Assembly (NCBI GenBank): GCA_039586795.1
Contig: JBDHJS010000002.1
Location: 64,001 to 128,000, forward strand
Direction: 5' to 3'
DNA: 64,000 nucleotides
Origin: Gemmatimonadota bacterium
Lineage (GTDB): Bacteria; Gemmatimonadota; Gemmatimonadetes; Palauibacterales; KS3-K002
Part shown: positions 46,104 through 55,679 of the stretch, piece by piece
Numbering within the stretch: the first letter of the stretch is position 1
Layout of the letters: the number at the start of each line of letters is the position of its first letter
The notes under the pieces: model-generated
Told to the model about the DNA's origin: nothing
What the model saw: the letters and a program-made list of their open reading frames with translations, nothing else
The model's database searches: none
Position numbers and translations under genes: made by a program

Positions 46104-46982
46104 CTACTGATCGCCGTTCGCTTCCTCGCCGTTCGCTCCTTTGACGCCGGTGATCAGCGTGACACCGATGGTACGTTCCGGGCCCAGGAGGGTTCGAATT
46201 TCGTATTCCCTGTTCACGGCGCCCTTAAGTCCGCGCCAGCCCCAACGCTGCCAGGCGCGTCTCAAGATCGAGATCTTGTCCGCCAGCGTTGAGAGCTCTG
46301 ACATGTGGGTGAATGTGCGACCGCGGATGAGGAAGGGAAAGGCCTGATCGGACCAATCCTCGACCTGAAGATCGTCGACGTTAGCGTCGCGCAGCGCCTG
46401 CTTCCACTCAACCAGCAGTAGTGGCGGTGCGCCGAGATGTTGAATGAGAATCTGGCGGCGATCGCTGTCCACGTGGCCGGTCCAGATGAGGGCGATGAGG
46501 ACGACATGCCCTCCAGGCCGCGTGACGCGGGCGAGCTCGCTTACAGTCTGGATCGGGTCGGCAGAACTGGCGAGGCCCAGCTCGCCGATCGCTAGGTCGA
46601 AGACCTCATCCTGGTAGGGCAGATCGTCGACGGGCGCGTTCTGGTAGTGGACATGGGCCGCAACCTCTGCCTCCCGGGCGCGTTCCTCTGCGACTTCTAC
46701 GACCGCCGGGTCCGGATCCACACCGGCGACCTCGGCGGGGTAGTTCTGAGCGAAGAAATTGGCCACGGAGCCGCGACCCGACGGCACGTCGAGCAGCGAG
46801 CGATGCTCTTCGGTCTCCGCCAGGCCGGTCAGCTTGGCGATCCGGCGGTAGAGCACCTGGTCGCCTGGTGAAAAGCCCCGCGAGCGGCTCAACCGCAGGA
46901 GATCGATCATGGATGGCCCACGTTCTGGGGCCTGCGGTGAGACGGGGGGCGGGGCGGCGTCGTTTCCTTCGCCAGGAGGCAT
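46104..46982 (-). CDS. Class I SAM-dependent methyltransferase
   Basis: LLDVPSGRG, GVD, LPYQDEVFDL, ELARVTRPGG; start may instead be 46910. Confidence 0.8.
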   Translation of the reverse strand: MPPGEGNDAAPPPVSPQAPERGPSMIDLLRLSRSRGFSPGDQVLYRRIAKLTGLAETEEHRSLLDVPSGRGSVANFFAQNYPAEVAGVDPDPAVVEVAEERAREAEVAAHVHYQNAPVDDLPYQDEVFDLAIGELGLASSADPIQTVSELARVTRPGGHVVLIALIWTGHVDSDRRQILIQHLGAPPLLLVEWKQALRDANVDDLQVEDWSDQAFPFLIRGRTFTHMSELSTLADKISILRRAWQRWGWRGLKGAVNREYEIRTLLGPERTIGVTLITGVKGANGEEANGDQ

Positions 46983-47041
46983 GGCGGGAAAACTAGAAGG
47001 GGCCCTGAGGGGGGTCAATGCTGGGAAGGTGGCACACGGTT

Positions 47042-47104
47042 TCGAGCACGAGCACGAATGGTCGTAGAGACCATATGCCGGTCGTGCTCATGCTCCTACT
47101 CGAA
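47042..47104. repeat. Short palindromic family-B repeat
   Basis: TCGAGCACGAGCACGA...TCGTGCTCATGCTCCTACTCGA. Confidence 0.6.
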
Positions 47105-48073
47105 TCCCAACCCGGCCAGGCCCCGGAGGTGGGCCAGTCCACAACTCTGCAGCAATCCCAGGTCGTACCCGCCTTCCAGCGTCGAGACGAGCCGGCCGTC
47201 GCAGTGTCGCTCCGCCAGCTCCACCAGCCGCTCGGTGAGCCGGTGATAGTCCCGCGGCGTAAGCGTAAACCCCGCCAACGGGTCCCCCGCGGCCGCATCG
47301 AACCCGGCGGAAATGAAGATGATGTCCGGCGCGAAGCTCGACAGCGCTTCATCTACGGCGCTCTGCAGTTCCTGCGTGTAGCGCTCGGCGGGGAGGCCGG
47401 GGGGCAGAGGAAGATTGATGGTGGCTCCTTCCCCGGGGCCGTGACCGCGATGCTGTCGGTGGCCGGTCCCTGGGTAATGCGGCGATTGGTGAAGCGAGAT
47501 GAAGAAAACATCCGGATCCTCGTAGAAGATCGCCTCCGTACCGTTCCCGTGATGCACATCCCAGTCGACGATCAACGCGCGCTCCATCCCTTTCTGCTGG
47601 GCGCGTCGTGCCCCGACCGCCACGTTGTTGAACAGGCAAAACCCCATCGGTCGATCGGCGGTGGCATGGTGACCGGGTGGTCGCACGGCGCAAAACGCGT
47701 TACGCGCCGTGCCGGCGGCGACGGCGTCGACGGCGCTGATCAACGAGCCGGCGGCGGCGAGCGCCGCGTCCCAGGAGCCCGAAGAGACGGCGGTATCGGG
47801 ATCGAGGTAGACGATGGCCTCGGCCTCGACGGCGCGGTTCCAGGCGGACCGGACGTGCTCGATGTGTGTTTTGGGATGGACGAGCGCCAGGTCGTCTTCG
47901 CTCGCTAGGGTGGCTTCCAGTAGCGTGATCTGTCCTTGCAGCTCCTCCGGGGCCCGATCGATAGCGTCCCGCAAAGCCTCCAGCCGCTCCGGTCGTTCGG
48001 GGTGCGCCGGACCCGTCAGGTGTTCGGAGCAGGCAGGATGGGTGAAGACGGCAACGGATGGGCTGTCGGACAT
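47096..48073 (-). CDS. Histone deacetylase family (Zn-dependent) protein
   Basis: HPERPERL, RPPGHHA, GFCLFNN, DWDVHHGNGT, SAGFDA..GDPL, LEGGY. Confidence 0.95.
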   Translation of the reverse strand: MSDSPSVAVFTHPACSEHLTGPAHPERPERLEALRDAIDRAPEELQGQITLLEATLASEDDLALVHPKTHIEHVRSAWNRAVEAEAIVYLDPDTAVSSGSWDAALAAAGSLISAVDAVAAGTARNAFCAVRPPGHHATADRPMGFCLFNNVAVGARRAQQKGMERALIVDWDVHHGNGTEAIFYEDPDVFFISLHQSPHYPGTGHRQHRGHGPGEGATINLPLPPGLPAERYTQELQSAVDEALSSFAPDIIFISAGFDAAAGDPLAGFTLTPRDYHRLTERLVELAERHCDGRLVSTLEGGYDLGLLQSCGLAHLRGLAGLGFE

Positions 48074-48213
48074 GGCTCGCTAGCTCCCGCGTCGATTCGG
48101 CGTGGGCGTGTGGTGAGGATGAGGTTGGCGCTTGGGCCGCGGTCGCGACGGGGTCGCCGGCTGCTTCCGCGCGGGCGCCTTGCGCGACGGTGGGCGGTCT
48201 TTCTTGCGCTTCG

Positions 48214-49224
48214 TCATCCGACGTCCAGGGTGGGCATCCGCGCCCGCAGATACTGCTCGCAGTCGCGGATCGGGTAGAGAAGGACATGCCAGCGCGGGTC
48301 GGGCAGGGCGAGGGGCGCGGTCTCGGCGAGGAGCCAACGGCTGACGTCGTCCGCCTGGTCGATCGTCTGGGGGTCAACGCGACCCTCGATGCGGGCCAGC
48401 GCCCAGTAGATATCGTGACCGGTGGCGGGGCGCAGTCGCAGGTACCAGCTGTAGACTTCGCCCACCTCCGGCCGCACCGGCTTGAAGACGGAGGATCGCC
48501 GCCGGCCGTCCATCTCGAGGATCGCCGTCATACCGCCCGGGTCGAGGAACTGTGTTCGATGGCTCTTCACCAGCCCGATCGCTCGTCCCGACTTGAGCAG
48601 CGCCGGCTCGATGGCCAGACGGCCATCCACCAGCAGCCAGCCGTCGTGGGGACCCTTGTCTACCCAGCTTCGGGCCAACTTCCGCTCGAGGAGGGCGCGC
48701 TGAAGCTTCACGGCGTTTCGCCCGTCCTCGGCCAATCGGATCGGGTGCGCGGCGTCGGGATCGCTGCTGCTGTCCACCAGGGCACGCTCCGGTACGCCGA
48801 GCTCGAGGAATCGATCGGGTGGCAAGCGGTCGTGCGAGAAAGCGAGTACCTCCCGCTCGATGACGTCCCAGGTCTGGAAGGTGCGGTCGACGCGCTGGCG
48901 GATGACGGCGGCCACGTAGCCGTGTACCAGGGGGACGGTGCCCACGTAGCCGCAGATACGCGTGTACTCGATCCCGTCGAGAAAGAAGCCGAAGCGAGAC
49001 TCCACCGGGTCGCCCAGGTCGTGGATCTTGAGCTCGCCTCCATCTTCGACGAGCTCCGCCTCCCCCATCGCCGTCGGCTCAGGCGGGGGCTCCGGTTGCG
49101 GTCCGCCACCGTGGATGGGCCGCCATTCGTCGCCCAGCTCCGGGGCCAGCTCGGCGATTTGACGCCACAGCGGTGCGGTTGCTGGCGCTCGATCTTGCTT
49201 CTGTGCTCTGCTATCGCGCATCAT
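48214..49224 (-). CDS. NurA-like nuclease (RNase H-like fold)
   Basis: FLDG, LLVDGRL, IGLVKSH, YSWYLRLR, ARIE, DPR...LYPI...EQYLR resemble bacterial NurA. Confidence 0.65.
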   Translation of the reverse strand: MMRDSRAQKQDRAPATAPLWRQIAELAPELGDEWRPIHGGGPQPEPPPEPTAMGEAELVEDGGELKIHDLGDPVESRFGFFLDGIEYTRICGYVGTVPLVHGYVAAVIRQRVDRTFQTWDVIEREVLAFSHDRLPPDRFLELGVPERALVDSSSDPDAAHPIRLAEDGRNAVKLQRALLERKLARSWVDKGPHDGWLLVDGRLAIEPALLKSGRAIGLVKSHRTQFLDPGGMTAILEMDGRRRSSVFKPVRPEVGEVYSWYLRLRPATGHDIYWALARIEGRVDPQTIDQADDVSRWLLAETAPLALPDPRWHVLLYPIRDCEQYLRARMPTLDVG

Positions 49225-49292
49225 GGAGCCGGGTTTAGGGTGGACCGGTGGTGATGAATAAGCGTTTACTATCACTCCTACAACGGGGCTGC

Positions 49293-50297
49293 ATGATCAA
49301 CAGGCGGAAACTCGTCTCAGGAATCGGCTGCGCGTTGCTGGTCACGCTCACCTCCTGCGACAATGTCGAGTGGGGTGGCGTGCAGGTGAGCGTCCGCGAG
49401 CCTGAGTACGAAAGTCCGGCCTCGCTGGAGGCCGATTCGGACACACTGGCGGAGGTGTCACCGCTGGAGATGCCGACGGGCCCGCTGCTGTTCCATGTTC
49501 TCCGCACGGATGACGCGGGTAGCGCGACGATCGAGGCCGTGGCGGAGCTGGTTGTCGGTGAGTTGAAGGTGGTGGGACCGCAAAGCGCGGATCGCAGCGC
49601 CGACTACGCCTCTGAGTTTGTCGGACGGTACTTCGAGCCGGATCAGCCGTATGTGCTGTATCGAGATGGTCTGCGGGTTGGGACGTTCTATGTCGTCGCG
49701 GACGCGGTTTCGGGAAGCGGCCTGTGTCTCGATCTGGCGGCGACGGGGCGTATTGAGCTGCGTCCTGGAGCGGACACGCTGAGCGAGTTCACGGCGTGGC
49801 CCGCCGGGGCATGGGCAGGAGAGGGCGAGCTGGCGGCACCGGAGACGCGAGGTGACATGCGGTCGTTGGCGCAGATTCTGGCGCGTCGCGGTCTGGAGGA
49901 GAGCGGCGTAGGCGGGGCCATTCGGATTCGTAATCCGGCGGACCTCAGAGCACTGGACGTGGGCGCCGGCCGCTACGGCTTCGCGGCGACGTTCGTGACC
50001 GGGGATACGCTTGGCACCGGATCACCGTTCGATTCGGCCGGCTCCGTGTTCCTCGTGGCCGACTACAACGCGGCCAGCGGCTTCTTCCCCCTGTTCTTCG
50101 ATGCGGCGTGGTACGGTGCCGGAGAGAAGCGGGTCCTGCGCTGGTTGGATGCGGCGGACCTTATTGGCGACGGTGAGGCGGAGTGGCTGCTGCGGGCGTA
50201 CGGCGACACGAATGATTGGTATGAGGTGATGGCCGGCGCAGATACGAGCCGGAGCGTGATCTGGACGAGTCGTCGGCCGGAGTGCGACGCCAGGTAG
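49293..50297 (+). CDS. Hypothetical lipoprotein
   Basis: Lipobox LTSC; DLIGDGEAE FG-GAP-like loop near the C-terminus. Confidence 0.65.
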   Translation: MINRRKLVSGIGCALLVTLTSCDNVEWGGVQVSVREPEYESPASLEADSDTLAEVSPLEMPTGPLLFHVLRTDDAGSATIEAVAELVVGELKVVGPQSADRSADYASEFVGRYFEPDQPYVLYRDGLRVGTFYVVADAVSGSGLCLDLAATGRIELRPGADTLSEFTAWPAGAWAGEGELAAPETRGDMRSLAQILARRGLEESGVGGAIRIRNPADLRALDVGAGRYGFAATFVTGDTLGTGSPFDSAGSVFLVADYNAASGFFPLFFDAAWYGAGEKRVLRWLDAADLIGDGEAEWLLRAYGDTNDWYEVMAGADTSRSVIWTSRRPECDAR

Positions 50298-50387
50298 AGA
50301 CGAAACGCATACAGGCCTGAAGAAGGAGCGGGGTCCGGGACTCCCGTCGCGAACCCCTCGTTTCGTTCAATCGAGCCGACTCCGTAC

Positions 50388-50849
50388 TTACTGCTTGTCG
50401 AATGAAGCCGTCAACGTACCCGGGTTGTAGATCGATGTCGGGTCGGGGTGCAGCTCGGTGTCCGGCAGCACTATATCAAGTTCGGTGTTGTTGTTTGAAA
50501 GTGAAAAGGTCCCTTCGAGCGGCGGATCGGTGTTGGCATCGTTCGTGAGCTCGAAGGTGTTGGCACCTGTGATCGTGAAGGTGCCGGTGACGCTGAGCAT
50601 CAGGACATCCTGTGAGAACTCGTAGGTCGAATCCGCGGCGACGCTGATCATGACTGTAGCAATGCCGCTCAGCGTGAGATCCAAGGTCGAGTCCGGATCA
50701 GACTCGGATGTGACAACAGACACCGACGCCACCCAATCGCCGACGAAGACGCTGATATCCGGTATTGGAGCTGTTGGGTCGTCGTCGTCACAAGCGATCG
50801 CTACAGTGCCCAGTAGCATTAGTACGACAGCCAAACGTGCGAGCTTCAT
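50388..50849 (-). CDS. Hypothetical lipoprotein (lipocalin-like beta protein)
   Basis: GGAGG RBS, lipobox AIAC-DDDD, FVGDW motif. Confidence 0.65.
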   Translation of the reverse strand: MKLARLAVVLMLLGTVAIACDDDDPTAPIPDISVFVGDWVASVSVVTSESDPDSTLDLTLSGIATVMISVAADSTYEFSQDVLMLSVTGTFTITGANTFELTNDANTDPPLEGTFSLSNNNTELDIVLPDTELHPDPTSIYNPGTLTASFDKQ

Positions 50850-50946
50850 GTTCCTACCTCCTTGTAAATGCTGTAATGCGGGGGATTTCAGCATGGGTTT
50901 GCACCCTATAGTCTATTGGAATACAGCCATTCTTCCAGTTCACCCT

Positions 50947-53799
50947 TTAGAACGGTTGCCGGACGCGGAGCGATATCACGCTTCCGATAAACGGAGCGCC
51001 GATGATCTCCTGGTGCGTGATGCCGAACCCGCAACCGCTGCTCACGTTCGGGTCCTCAGTGCTCTCACCGGTGCATGCGAAGAAGTTACGAAAATCGAAC
51101 ACGACCTCCGTACGCGTCGAAACCGGCAGCGTATACCCGATATTGGCGTCGAGAACGGTGAAGTACGGAATGTCGCCGACGAAGACGCCGGACTGGACGG
51201 GATAGCCCTGCACGTAGCGTCCCTTAAGCCCTACAGCGAGACCGAGACGCTGGTTGTCGTAGAGAACGCCCAGCGTGCCTTTGTTCATCGGCGCGTTGAG
51301 TGCGATGTCGCCGATGCTGTCGACCTGTGCGTTCCCGAGGCCGATGAACAGGTCATCGCTGACCCAGGAGTAGCTGCCGGAGATGCTCCAGACATCGGTG
51401 AGCAGGAAGGTGAGGCCGAAATCGGCGCCCCAAAGGTCGACATCACCGAAGTTCCTATAGGTCAGGAAAAGGTCCGTCGGACTGCCGAGGGGCGTTTCCA
51501 CCCAGGTTGCCGTGGCCAGCGGAACCTGACTTAGGCCGCCGGTGATCAAGAGCGCGTCTTCCAGCGGGACGCCGGCGCCCGTCAGGATGGGAAGCAAGTA
51601 CTGCCCCAGGGTCTGCGGGTCGAGCATCGCGTTTGGTGTCTCGAAGCGCAGCGGTCCGATGAAGTCCTCGATCCTCATATAGTACACGTCAGCGCCGAAC
51701 AGCAGCCGCTCGCTAATCAGACCCTTGTAGCCGACCTCGAAGATGTTGGTCATGCTGGGCTGCAATTTGGGTACGTCGACAGCCGCCTGCGCCGGGTCAT
51801 CGATGATCGGCCCGAACCCGAGCGTCTGCTGGTCGAACATGCGAAGCGCAGTGCTCACGTCATCCGATGTCGGTGAAAGCGACCGCAGGAGTGCCTCTAC
51901 GGGCGGGGGGAGCGGATCTTCACCCAGCGCGACCAGGATATTCCCCAACCCATCCACCGCGTCTTGCCAATACGGTGTCACGTCGAGACCGTGGAACGCC
52001 TGTGGGTCCGAGGCGAACGGTGAGCGAACGCAGAGATCGCCGGCGCAGTCGCGCCTGAAGGTCAGGCCAGTGTTGCTGGGTACGCCGAGCGCGCGGACAC
52101 CGTAGTCGGTGAACGGTCCGAGAGCGTTAGCCGACAACAGGTCGAGGGAGAAGTTGATGCTGCTGGGCTGAGCGAATGCCCGGTTGTACATGAGCCGGAA
52201 GTTGTGCTCCGGCGTCGGCTTGAAGACCACGCCGGCGCGGGGCGAGAAGACGAGCTGTTCGGTCTTGCTGTGATAGTCGAGGCGCGCCGCGGCCAGCAGA
52301 TCCCACTGCGGTGTCATTGCGCCTTCCCACTGCACGTAGCCGCCGACCTCGCTGATGTTGTCGTTGTCCTCGTTGCGACCGTTCACCGTGCCATCGGTCC
52401 GGGGGACGGTTTGGATATAGTCGAGGCCGTAAACGAAACGGTTGCGCTCGCCGAGGTTCGAGTAGTGCTGCAACTGACCGGCGAACAGAAATGACTTGTC
52501 TGCGATCGGCTTGCCGTCGCGCAGCGTGTAGGTGTCGCCGGCATTGCTCATGTTGATGTAAGCCTGAGCGAAAAGTCGGCCAAGCTGCGCGCGACCCTGG
52601 CCATACCAGTAAGTCCAGTCGACCGCCTGGGCGGATCCGATTCCAGTCATCTCGATGCTGCTGCCCATGTTGCTGAAGCCGCCAGCGAAACGCAGAACGT
52701 TGTCATCGCTGAGGCGGAAATCCATGCGGGCGTCAGCGGCGTATCGCTCGGCGGAAAAGTCGCGACGACCGATCAGCAGCGTGTCGGGGTCGGCACCGGC
52801 GGCGATGGCCGCCTCCCGCTCGAACTGTTCGACCGGGTCGTTGTAGTGCCAGTCCTCGCCGTTCAGATAGAGGCCGGAGAGCTTGTAGCCGGTATCGTCA
52901 CCGATCAGACCCGCCGTTCGGAATACGCCCTGGAACATCGGCTCGGTCGATGAGCCGACGTTGTTCCCGTCGCGCGCGCCGGCCAGCACGCTGACGGCGC
53001 TGCCCTGATAGTCGAGGGGCGAGCGGGTGATGATGTGCATCACGCCCTTGTCGACGTTCGGGCCGTAAAGGGCCGAGCCGGGGCCCAGCACCATCTCGAT
53101 CCGGTCGATGTCCTCGTCGGTGGACGGGATCAGGTTGTAAGCGTTGAAGCGGAGGGAGGGGACGGAGGCCCAGCGGTTGTCCTGCAGCACGTAAAGCGCG
53201 CCAGAGAAAACGTTGTTGAACCCCCTGGCGACCACGTTGTGCTGCTGGAGCCCGTACGTGACGTTGTCGACGCCGGGAAGACCGACGACGTGCTCGGCGG
53301 CCACCGCCGTCGGCTGCGCCTGCACCTCGTCCGACGTCACCGTGTAGACGGAGGCCGGCGCTTCCAGCGCCTTCTCCTGGCCACGAGATGCGGTGACGAC
53401 CACCGGGTTCAGCCGGAAGGCCCGTGATATGAGCTCGATCGGCTCGAGCACAACGGTCTCGGCACCGACACCTACGCGCTCGATGCGATAGAGCTCGTAG
53501 CCGAGCGCCGTGACCAACAGCGAATAAGTACCCGCCTCGACATCGACGAACCGGAACTCACCCCGGACATCGGTCACCGTGGAGTGCACGACGCTGCCGG
53601 TACCTGTGATCAGCTCTACCTGTGCACCGCTCAGCGGCTCGGCGACCTCAGCGTCGAGGACGCGACCGGTGACATCCACGCCCTGAGCGAAGGCTAGCTG
53701 CGGGGCGACCAGGGCTAGGAGCACGGCGGCTGACGCACCGGCGAGCCAGCGGCTTGCTGCGCCGCGAGGCCTGCGGAGTTGGGGCAAATGCTGAGACAT
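50947..53799 (-). CDS. TonB-dependent receptor with N-terminal carboxypeptidase-regulatory-like domain
   Basis: VTGRVLD, VVVTASR, IDRIEMVLGPGSALYG, C-terminal Phe. Confidence 0.93.
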   Translation of the reverse strand: MSQHLPQLRRPRGAASRWLAGASAAVLLALVAPQLAFAQGVDVTGRVLDAEVAEPLSGAQVELITGTGSVVHSTVTDVRGEFRFVDVEAGTYSLLVTALGYELYRIERVGVGAETVVLEPIELISRAFRLNPVVVTASRGQEKALEAPASVYTVTSDEVQAQPTAVAAEHVVGLPGVDNVTYGLQQHNVVARGFNNVFSGALYVLQDNRWASVPSLRFNAYNLIPSTDEDIDRIEMVLGPGSALYGPNVDKGVMHIITRSPLDYQGSAVSVLAGARDGNNVGSSTEPMFQGVFRTAGLIGDDTGYKLSGLYLNGEDWHYNDPVEQFEREAAIAAGADPDTLLIGRRDFSAERYAADARMDFRLSDDNVLRFAGGFSNMGSSIEMTGIGSAQAVDWTYWYGQGRAQLGRLFAQAYINMSNAGDTYTLRDGKPIADKSFLFAGQLQHYSNLGERNRFVYGLDYIQTVPRTDGTVNGRNEDNDNISEVGGYVQWEGAMTPQWDLLAAARLDYHSKTEQLVFSPRAGVVFKPTPEHNFRLMYNRAFAQPSSINFSLDLLSANALGPFTDYGVRALGVPSNTGLTFRRDCAGDLCVRSPFASDPQAFHGLDVTPYWQDAVDGLGNILVALGEDPLPPPVEALLRSLSPTSDDVSTALRMFDQQTLGFGPIIDDPAQAAVDVPKLQPSMTNIFEVGYKGLISERLLFGADVYYMRIEDFIGPLRFETPNAMLDPQTLGQYLLPILTGAGVPLEDALLITGGLSQVPLATATWVETPLGSPTDLFLTYRNFGDVDLWGADFGLTFLLTDVWSISGSYSWVSDDLFIGLGNAQVDSIGDIALNAPMNKGTLGVLYDNQRLGLAVGLKGRYVQGYPVQSGVFVGDIPYFTVLDANIGYTLPVSTRTEVVFDFRNFFACTGESTEDPNVSSGCGFGITHQEIIGAPFIGSVISLRVRQPF

Positions 53800-53939
53800 C
53801 GCTCCCTCCGTAGAGAAAGGACCTGTTGGGGCTTACTAAGAAGGCTCCCGTGGGAGCCCGATTTCTCCCGATTTAGCTCGTTATCTGCCCATCTGGGGGG
53901 AGGCGTGAGGGAATAAACTACACCTTTTTGCTGCAGTGG

Positions 53940-55670
53940 CTAGAAGGGGCGCCCCGGTATCCTTCTGGCCAGTGCCCTGGCCAAAAATCGCAGCCGATCG
54001 GGCCAGGGTAGTCGACCCAGGTTGGTCCGCACTACGCCTCGAGTGAAGTACGTGGCCTGCGAATAGTCGATGGCCACGTCGACCAGGATCGGCGCTCCGC
54101 CGTCGTGAACCTTCACTGCCTGGTTCAGCACTTCCTCGACCTGCGAGTCATCCTCCAGCGACAGGTACTCCACACCGAGGGCGCGGGTCAGTCCTTCGAG
54201 GTCATAGTCGGGTAACTGACTCGCCGTCTTCCGCGCCAGCGCCGTCTGCTGAAACTGAGCGATTTGGGCCAGTTCGCGGTCACGAAGAACCAGGATCGTG
54301 ACCGGCAGATCGAGTTGAGCGGCGGTGAGCATCTCGAGACCTGTCATCAAGAACGCACCGTCTCCGGCCAACGCCACGCAGCGACGTCCGGGGCAGGCCA
54401 GCGCCGCACCGAGTGCGGCGGGCACGGAGTATCCCATACAGGAGTAATCGACGGGTGCGAGGAACGATCTGGGGTTATCCAGGCGCAAGCACTCCATGGC
54501 CAGGAATGTCCCGTTGCCGCTGTCCGTCGTGTAGACCGCGTCGGGCCCGTAGATCCCTTGGAGTTTGCTGATCAGATGAGGTGGCGTGACGCGAGCGGCG
54601 TCTGAAGGCTGCGACCAGCCTTCTCGTACTTCCTCGTGCCCTTGCCGAATGGCCGCTCTCAGGGCGTCGTCGGGAGATCGGGGCTCGAGACCCTCCAGTA
54701 GCGCCGTGACGAAGGCCCTGGCGTCAGCCTCGACCTTCAGCTCTGCCGGGTAGTTCTTGTCGAATACATCGGCATCGATGTCGACGTGGACCAGCGGACC
54801 CGGCGGCTCCAGGCCGTAGCTCGCCGTTCCGACTTCCGAGAACCGACAACCGATGGCAAGAGTGAGATCGCAGGACGTCGCGATCTTGCGGGCGAAAGGG
54901 GGTGCGGCGGCTCCGAACCCCGGCCAGAGCCAGAGGGGGTGGCTCTCGGGGAAGACGCCCTTCCCCTGAAACGTGGTGGCCACCGGCGCTTCCAATCGCT
55001 CGGCCAGGGCCACGAGATCTTCGGCGGCGCCCTCCGCTCCCAGCCCCAGGTAAAGCAAGGGCTTTCCATCGGTCAGCAACTTTCGAACGGCGGCCACGGC
55101 CTCCCGATCCGGCTCTACGGTGGGGCTCGGTTCCGGTCTCCAACTCTCGCTGGCCGGGTCGTGACGAAACAGATAGTGGTTGACCGGGATCTCGACAAAA
55201 ACGGGCCCGGCAGGCGCAGCGCGGGCTATGGCGCAGGCGGCCCGAATCGTGGAATAGAGGTCTTCGCCGCGTTCGGGTCGAAGCTGGGCCTTGGTCACGG
55301 GCGTAACGATGCCGAGCTGGTCCACGTCGTGCAGCTGGTACGCCTTTCCGGTATCGGTGCGGACACCGCAGCCCAGCACGAGCAGCGGGATGCAGTCCAT
55401 GAAGGCTTCCGCAATCCCCGACAGGGCATGCGTGAGCCCGGCGCCGGGCACTACGGTAACGCAACCGAGCTTTCCGGATGATCGAGAGACCGCATCGGCC
55501 ATGAACGACGCGCTCTGCTCGTCGGTCACGAGAACGGGTTGAACGGCGGAGGAAGCGCCGAGAGCGTCGTAGAGCTCGATGTTGTGCGTGCCCGGGATAC
55601 CGAAGGTGAAGGGGATCCCTTCGTCCTCCAGGGCCCGAACCACGATTTCGCTTCCCGGCATCTTGGTCAT
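53940..55670 (-). CDS. Thiamine diphosphate-dependent enzyme (acetolactate synthase-like)
   Basis: FGIPGTH, DEQSASFMADA, PGAGLT, GDGAFLM. Confidence 0.9.
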   Translation of the reverse strand: MTKMPGSEIVVRALEDEGIPFTFGIPGTHNIELYDALGASSAVQPVLVTDEQSASFMADAVSRSSGKLGCVTVVPGAGLTHALSGIAEAFMDCIPLLVLGCGVRTDTGKAYQLHDVDQLGIVTPVTKAQLRPERGEDLYSTIRAACAIARAAPAGPVFVEIPVNHYLFRHDPASESWRPEPSPTVEPDREAVAAVRKLLTDGKPLLYLGLGAEGAAEDLVALAERLEAPVATTFQGKGVFPESHPLWLWPGFGAAAPPFARKIATSCDLTLAIGCRFSEVGTASYGLEPPGPLVHVDIDADVFDKNYPAELKVEADARAFVTALLEGLEPRSPDDALRAAIRQGHEEVREGWSQPSDAARVTPPHLISKLQGIYGPDAVYTTDSGNGTFLAMECLRLDNPRSFLAPVDYSCMGYSVPAALGAALACPGRRCVALAGDGAFLMTGLEMLTAAQLDLPVTILVLRDRELAQIAQFQQTALARKTASQLPDYDLEGLTRALGVEYLSLEDDSQVEEVLNQAVKVHDGGAPILVDVAIDYSQATYFTRGVVRTNLGRLPWPDRLRFLARALARRIPGRPF

Positions 55671-55679
55671 GGATGTCCG

